Origin: an uncultured Nitrososphaerales archaeon
Lineage (GTDB): Archaea; Thermoproteota; Nitrososphaeria; Nitrososphaerales; Nitrososphaeraceae
Assembly: GCA_963713605.1 (NCBI GenBank)
Contig: CAVQMO010000010.1
Span: 256,001-320,000, forward strand
Reading direction: 5' to 3'
DNA length: 64,000 bases
Shown: piece by piece, positions 57,326 to 64,000 of the stretch
Numbering within the stretch: position 1 is the stretch's first letter
Layout: every line of letters begins with the position of its first letter
The notes under the pieces: model-generated
What the model was told of the DNA's origin: nothing
Databases searched by the model: none
What the model saw: the letters and a program-made list of their open reading frames with translations, nothing else
Translations under genes and position numbers: made by a program

Positions 57326-58268
57326 ATGAAAGCTATCCAGATCAAGAAATACGGTAGTAACGATATGGTTGAGGTCAATGAGACAGCATCAGGTACCAAA
57401 TATATCTCCAGGAAAAATTCTGGTCAACATAGAGGCCGCTGGAGTAAATCCAGTAGATTGGAAAATCCGAGAAGGATATATGCAACAAATTATGCCACTT
57501 CAATTCCCTTCAACTCTGGGAATAGATTTTTCAGGTGTTGTCAAACATCCAGAAGAAGATGCGCCTTCAGATTTCAAGCAGGGTGACGAAGTATACGGAC
57601 AAGCCTCGGTATTCAGCGGTGGCTCCGGAGCGTTTGCAGAATTAGCTTTAGCAAACAAGGATAGTATCGCACGCAAACCAAAAACGCTAAATCATTTAGA
57701 GGCCGCAGCATTACCACTTGTTGGTGTTAGTGCTTGGCAGGCACTTGTGGAGTACATTGGATTATCAAAGGATAAGAAAATTCTAATCCATGGTGGAGCA
57801 GGAGGAATAGGATCTATAGCCATACAACTTGCAAAACATCTAGGCGCATATTTGGCAACTACTGTAAATGCATGTGATAAACAGTTTGTACAAGAATTAG
57901 GAGCAGACCAGGTGATAGACTACAAGACAGAGAATTTCGAAGATATGGTGCATGACTATGACGTAGTTTTTGATACTGTTGGCGGCGAAACAAACAAGAG
58001 ATCGTTTAAAGTTTTGAAGAAAGGTAGCGGCATGATTGTTTCCACGTTAGAACAACCAAATTCAGAGCTAATGAATCAATATGGAATCAGAGCAGTATTC
58101 TTGCTCAGTCAAGTGAGTAGACAACGATTGACAAAATTAGCAGAATGGGTAGATCAAAATAATATTAAAGTGAACATTGACAAGACGTTTTCACTAGGCG
58201 AAGCTGCTAAGGCACTTGATTACCAAAAAGAGGGACACCCAAGGGGTAAAGTAGTCTTAACTGTATAA
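57326..58268 (+). CDS. NADPH:quinone oxidoreductase (Zn-independent MDR) (one +1 frameshift near 57392)
   Basis: MKAIQIKKYG, AAGVNPVDWKIREG, AAALPLVG, LIHGGAGGIGSIAIQLAK, GHPRGKVVL; span 943 = 3n+1. Confidence 0.93.
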
Positions 58269-58954
58269 GATCTTGGATTGCATACAAATGTGTTATAGAT
58301 GTCATAAGGATATAGAAAAGTTAAGGGCATGGTTAGTGTACAGAAGCTAAATAACCAAAAACACTCGAACCCTAGTATATGCGGTGTCAGGATCCCGAAG
58401 GACAGAGCTATACTGACCTACACTCTACACAGTAGAGGGTAGGGCAGCCAGTCTGAGGACATGAATTGATTTTCAGACAAATCCCACCGAACCCGGACCA
58501 AAGAGCTGTTGTCTCTTGCCTTCCATGTACCAACGCTGCGATTGCAAACACAAAATCAATCTTCCTATTAACAGAGCAATTATCCACAGCTCGGTATCTG
58601 ACGGGTGGATACCAGGGTAGCTGATTTTAAGAAGGGCGAACGGGCTTCGAACTAGATGTGAGGTAGACAATCCTTACAAACGCAAAACAAGGTTGAATGG
58701 AATAGAATCTTGAGGAGAAGGTAGATAATTACAAGAATCAATCTAGGACGTTTGAGTAACTTGTTTTGCTCTTATCGTAGTCCGTGTCTTGTGGCGTACT
58801 TGTTGCTGTTCGTAATGCTGTAGTAAGCTTACTCATCGAAGGGTCTATGCGTACCATGTTCTTAGTATTGTGTATGCTTTCTCTCGCATTGCCTTTCTAT
58901 GTCGCTGCCAACTAATCGCTACTTCTAGCGGTATAATTGTTAAAATGAGTTGAG

Positions 58955-59681
58955 ATGAGTAATTATATGAAGACAAACAAGATGAAATCATCAAATATGA
59001 ACAATCTATCAAATGGTTATAGCAGTATATTTTCTAGCCCCACAGTACCCAGTTTCTCGTTGCTATTATTATTGTCATTTTTAACCCTATTATTAGTATT
59101 TTCTCAAAGTGCTGCTATGGCTGCAGTAGACATTGATACTTCCGGAGATGGAAGAGCAGCTGCTTTTAATGGCGAAGAAGGAATTGCCACAGACGGGGAT
59201 AGCTTCTGCAGCATTACAGATGATATTGCAGGAGGAAAGTTTTCATCATTATTTGAAGGGATAGTAGGAGAGTGTGATAATTCACAAATATCAAACCAGT
59301 TTCTGGTGGAGTACTCATATACAAAGAATCCTGTAAAGTCAGGAGAAAAGACCTATCTTACAATAGCTGTTAAGGATAAAGAAACTGGAAATCCAATCTC
59401 AAATGCATATCTAACACTAGATATCAAACCTACATCATCATTAACCACATTCGAAACTAGTACGGTTGGTGCCGCAGTAGCCGCTGCCAGGTATATCCTC
59501 AAATCAAAAAGTAGGACAAGACAAAGCAACTCAGACTATGTATACAGATAACGATGGACGTGCAACGTTTACTGTACAAGTAGGATCTAAATCGGATTTA
59601 GGTACATATGATACAGAACTCGAAGTTGCAAAAGATAGTTATCAATCAAGTTTCGAACAAATAGATCTTCGTGTGGTATAG
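58955..59681 (+). CDS. Secreted hypothetical protein with Ig-like C-terminal region (one +1 frameshift near 59488)
   Basis: Signal, VKDKETGNPISNA, continuing TDNDGRATFTVQVG...IDLRVV* in the next frame; span 727 = 3n+1. Confidence 0.75.
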
Positions 59682-59870
59682 GAAAAATTTCAATACTCTC
59701 CTTTTGATCTTACTTGTCTGGAGTTAATGAGTTCTTACTCTATAACAAGATTTGCATGCGTATCAGATATTTTTAGTCGAAGTCTGGCTATGCCCTGTTC
59801 TATTCTGGTTAAAACTGCATCCCAATCGGGATACGCAATATATTTTAACAGTATTCTGCCCAATATCATT

Positions 59871-60296
59871 ATGGAATACAAATTCCTGCTCAAATCTCTG
59901 GCCGGTAACTGGACTAGAAGGAGATGGCTGGATTTTCGGAATGGTCATAGTGTTTATCTAATATTTTTGATGACATTTGCAAATTTTGTTACGATACAAT
60001 ATGGCCTTCTCATTGACCAGGTACCTTTCTTAAAGAATCTATTTGAAAGTATTTGGCTATTCGCCGTCATTTACGTTTCTGTATATGTACCCGTAGCAAT
60101 TGTTATTGGGTATTGGCACCGCAAAACTCAATGGAGAGTAGAACAGCATGCCTTATTTAAGGAGAACGTAATAGGGGCAACCATGTGGTTATTTGTCATA
60201 GATCTTATTGACGGTAGAGTTTCTGAAGAGGAAAAGAAACAGATGAGAGATATGCTATCCAAGATTGTACGAAAGCCACCTAAGCCACCTACGTAG
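59871..60296 (+). CDS. Hypothetical membrane protein
   Basis: RRRWLDFRNGHSVYLIF...PVAIVIGYWHRKTQ; two TMs. Confidence 0.8.
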   Translation: MEYKFLLKSLAGNWTRRRWLDFRNGHSVYLIFLMTFANFVTIQYGLLIDQVPFLKNLFESIWLFAVIYVSVYVPVAIVIGYWHRKTQWRVEQHALFKENVIGATMWLFVIDLIDGRVSEEEKKQMRDMLSKIVRKPPKPPT

Positions 60297-60817
60297 GAAT
60301 GTAACCAGGTTGTTTATGCTTCTCTCCTGGTCGTCCTACCTTTTATTATGAGAAAGATTTTTAGTCATTATAGCTCATATACTAATACCAGCAGCCAGCA
60401 GTTAGCAAAATCCAGGATAGACGACCATATTTGGCTTCACAATCGATATTGGCCGCCAATTAAGAGAGTATAGGAGAGTCATATTCATTTCCACCGAAAG
60501 CGATTATTCTAAGTTGGTTTTAGAAAATGAACCCGTAACATCGTCAATTGGAGGTCAAGAGTCATCTAGTAAAGAAGATTCAGTCTAAATGTGACATACG
60601 ACGGTTGCAGAAAGGTTAAGAATATCAATAACTACAATAATACTGCTTCATTCATTGAAGCAAAGCACTAGATTCCTATCTCTGGGGTATAGCTAGATAT
60701 CTGCCTTTATGGTCTAGTTATATCCCACTGGCTGCTTGAGCAAGGGACCAGAGGTCATATATGGTCGTACAGAAGGGAGAGGGGTAGATTGTATCCTCCA
60801 CTAAAAGGTTTTCTGTA

Positions 60818-61003
60818 TTTCATCAAAAACTTTATACAAAATTCGTTACTAAATCGGACACGGGAGGTACTGGATTGGGCCTATTTATTTCCAAAAGTAT
60901 AACCAAAAAACATGGCGGGGATATATGGGCTGAGAATAATAACTATGACGGGGATACGGGAGCAACGTTCACATTTAGTTTGCCAATGAATATCCCACCT
61001 TAG
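60818..61003 (+). pseudogene. Second orphan histidine-kinase C-terminal remnant
   Basis: LYTKFVTKSDTGGTGLGLFISKSITKKHGGDIWAENN...GATFTFSLPM. Confidence 0.88.
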
Positions 61004-61294
61004 AAAGATAAGGTGTTCTTAAAGAAATGTGCTTCAGTCCTAAACTTAAATGAAATAGAAAAGATACTAGAGCATATTCAAACCCAGCGAATAAGTTAGG
61101 GATTCCAGCGTTGCAAATCTATTTTGCAATTATGTTATATTTTACATCTTGTGCGAAAGCTTGTTCTGGTTCGCTTTTGTTGGCTGATGATGGTAATCCA
61201 TTTAGAGATTTACAATCTAGATGAATTGCGCACAATTATTATTCCATATGGTAAACTGTAACATTTTTAACTGATTATAGCGTCGTCTATTGAC

Positions 61295-61723
61295 TTGCAT
61301 AATGAGGACGTGAGAAAGGAAGTTGGAATCACTAGGACACTGATAGAGTTACACAGATACTATCTTCAAGATAACAAATTTGATGAAGGTGACTTAATCT
61401 ATTACAGGATAAACTATAGGCTTGAGGCCTTATTTGGGATAGAAAGGCAGAAGGCTCAAAGCCTGCATGCAGCATACCATAAGGATATTCCAAGATCAAT
61501 TTCTGAAGGATATTGTCATATCTGCGATACCATTGTTAAGTTTATTCCGATAATATATGGAGCATCAGAAAGAGAAAGAAAATCGTTGGAAATGGCACAA
61601 CACAAAGGAAAATTAATTATAGCAAATTTGGATTGTATTGTAATAAAGGAAGGAGTTAAAATACCATTATTTGGATGCAAGATTTGTAAGACTGCATTAC
61701 CAAAATATGGTACTATGCCATAG
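61295..61723 (+). CDS. Hypothetical protein with C-terminal Zn-finger
   Basis: CHIC...IPIIYG...GKLII...CKIC. Confidence 0.75.
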   Translation: MHNEDVRKEVGITRTLIELHRYYLQDNKFDEGDLIYYRINYRLEALFGIERQKAQSLHAAYHKDIPRSISEGYCHICDTIVKFIPIIYGASERERKSLEMAQHKGKLIIANLDCIVIKEGVKIPLFGCKICKTALPKYGTMP

Positions 61724-62239
61724 TTCAGGTGCCTACCGACTGGTTTACTAATTTTTGTAGATAACACTGAAGAAATTGCATTTTAGATGATATTGCTATC
61801 TTCAAATAGTAATGTACATATCTTTTCCAACTGCCAATAGTAGCTCAAGCTTCCTTTTTAGCTATCAATTAAATAGATAGGTACTAGTCCATAATTCTAC
61901 TCCACACATGATACTCATCATTTTCCATACTTTCTTCAAGGACGTCTAAGAAGTTATCTTTGTCCGTTACCTTCAAGCAATAATTGCAGATCCACTTCAT
62001 AAGAGTATAACGATAGTATTATAGAAATGTGTTTCTAAGAGCAATAATTGTGTTCGATAAGCCTCAAATATGAATGGTCTCACAAGAAAATATCAAAAGA
62101 CGTTCAGAGGTTAGTGAACACCAGCGTTGAGGAAAAAGAATCTGTGCTGGTCTGTAAAGTTTGTTGAACGTATGAAAAACCCATTTCGATCTTATACGTA
62201 TAGGCTTTCAGAATAGTTAATGCATACCCTTAGCTAGAT

Positions 62240-62725
62240 TTATTCTAATTCTGCTCTAATGAGTCTTAACAGTTGTTCAGCAGTAATTGGCTTCCTAATG
62301 AAACAGCCTATACTCTTTAGTGGATGCACTTCTCTTGCTGCATCCATATTTATTTCTCCAGAGGTCATAAAACAAACCCTGACATTGAGGTCCTTCTGTA
62401 ATAATTTTTGAGCTAATTGAAAACCATCCATCATAGGCATGTTTACATCAATTAGTAATAGATCATAGAAATTAGGTCTGAATTCTAATAAAGCGGTTAC
62501 GGGATTATCATAACTATAAACCTGCATAGTTGGATCACTTTCTAGTCCAATGCGTAAGGTAAACACAATGTCAGAGTTATCGTCAACCACTAGAACCCTC
62601 TTGTGCAGTTGGGGACCATGAGAGAATTGTGATGAAGATGATTCTATTTGGTTCGGTTTTAACTTTCCTGTATGAACGGTCCCATTCTTGGGCTCTAGAT
62701 TATCAGTGGGATCTTCTTTATTCAT
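62240..62725 (-). CDS. Stand-alone response-regulator receiver protein
   Basis: VLVVDDNSD, DLLLIDVNMPMMDGF, FMTS, FIRKPI. Confidence 0.93.
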   Translation of the reverse strand: MNKEDPTDNLEPKNGTVHTGKLKPNQIESSSSQFSHGPQLHKRVLVVDDNSDIVFTLRIGLESDPTMQVYSYDNPVTALLEFRPNFYDLLLIDVNMPMMDGFQLAQKLLQKDLNVRVCFMTSGEINMDAAREVHPLKSIGCFIRKPITAEQLLRLIRAELE

Positions 62726-63318
62726 CTCGTCCTAAAATCAACTATTTATGATGAAGCTGTAAAAGCCCAAGGAATAAAAATCTTATGATGTTTTTTAACA
62801 GATATTATGATATTTTCATCTGTCAAAATTAGAGGAAGAAGATTTTTTACTGTAATTAGAACATCATTGTAAATCCCCGAAGTCCCTTCATACTTTTATC
62901 GATTTATCTAACTGTTCTGCACCGGATCTTCTGGTCGATTGATACTAACTGAGAAAGGGTAAAATCTATCCGAATATTCAAGTCACTTCTTCAAATATGT
63001 GGTGTTGGTGATAACAGTAGAGGTCCAGGGGATAGTTGTCATACAGAAATAGAATATCTTATCAATCTCCTATTGTACAACTGTTCCGTAGGACCATTTT
63101 TTTAGGTGCATCAGAAGTATATCCTGAGACAACAAAAGATGATGAATGAATAACTTGGTCACCATTTCGCCGTCCAACCTTCGTATGAGATATCAAATGG
63201 TTTTGATCCTGCAGCAGGTAGGGCAACCAGGATTCTTGTCTCATAATTTCCTGGTCGTCCTTACTTTTTTCTAATAATTTTTGTGCCGCACCGTTATTAA
63301 CCAGTATCATACGTGTGA

Positions 63319-63570
63319 CTAACTGCCAGCAAATTTTTTTCTAACAAGCAAAGCAACAATTGACGTTCCAGTAAATGTGGCACTCCAGTACAGCCATAGA
63401 TTATCCAGAAGTTAAAGCAGGAGCCAATGAACATGCAGGATTCATTGATGCTCCAGATATGAATGCAAGAAAAAAATTGTCAAGGCAACTATTCCTCCGA
63501 TGACAAGTCCGCCGTATCCTCTTAATTCTTTGGTATAGACAACCACCACTATTACAGCCATCAAGTATCT
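63319..63570 (-). pseudogene. C-terminal half remnant of an aquaporin (MIP family)
   Basis: GGLVIGGIV... / AFISGASMNPACSLAPALTSG / NLWLYWSATFTGTSIVALLVRKKF across frameshifts. Confidence 0.85.
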
Positions 63571-63663
63571 ACTGGATCCAGTCGTTGACATTCAGACATT
63601 ATTTTTAGATTGTATGTTTTCACCTTGACCAAAAACCTTAATTAATATCAATAAAAATTTCTG

Positions 63664-64000
63664 ATGATGGCGACAAGTTCATCAGAACACAAGTCTCAAA
63701 ATAAGAAGATTACGCGTCTTGATTTTCTGAAATTAGCGGGGGCTGCAGGAGCAGTAGGTGCTACTTTACCATCACTTTTATCGTTTAACCAAGTCATTGG
63801 TGGTAGTGGTACCCATAATAATAATACTAATAATATCAATATTAACCAGACTTCAAGCAATACGAATACAAGAATGAATAAAACATCATCACCATTTCAT
63901 ATCTTTGATTTGGACGGTGCTAAACCACAATTCCAGACTATAACAGGAAGCATGACCACAATGAATGCAGATAACTTTCCAATATTAGCAGGGATGGGAG
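63664..64000 (+). CDS. Partial ORF (runs off window): Tat-like leader plus cupin / oxalate-decarboxylase-like protein
   Basis: KITRLDFLKLAGAAGAVGA leader, Asn-rich linker, HIFDLDGAKPQ...G......NADNFPILAGM. Confidence 0.75.
   Translation, partial: MMATSSSEHKSQNKKITRLDFLKLAGAAGAVGATLPSLLSFNQVIGGSGTHNNNTNNININQTSSNTNTRMNKTSSPFHIFDLDGAKPQFQTITGSMTTMNADNFPILAGMG

Overview
AT-rich archaeal chromosomal segment. Gene content and families (RadA, Cdc48/VAT, TRAM, stand-alone receivers, class III cyclase, multicopy HTH/coiled-coil proteins, tyrosine-integrase remnants) point to a soil ammonia-oxidising archaeon (Nitrososphaeraceae); this assignment is my inference. Coding density is low and many intergenic stretches are recognisable gene remnants (Ku, aquaporin, histidine-kinase tails, integrases, DUF488, a kinase-like protein). 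No rRNA, tRNA or CRISPR array was found. Six, probably seven, otherwise intact genes each carry exactly one +1 insertion, which suggests a sequencing artefact. Highlights: (1) an archaeal homologue of eukaryotic peptide:N-glycanase (Png1/NGLY1) with a complete catalytic triad; (2) a ~36-aa Gln/Asn-rich two-Cys module present twice as a small stand-alone secreted protein and once fused to a large passenger, a candidate fibre or surface-display system; (3) an ATTTGAC heptamer array in front of an HTH-coiled-coil gene; (4) a HEPN-like/GATase-like fusion; (5) a duplicated Zn-ribbon/DUF1059 module divergent from a radA paralogue, with conserved upstream DNA; (6) an old inverted duplication enclosing cdc48. 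All calls come from reading the sequence and from recalled family motifs; no searches were run.
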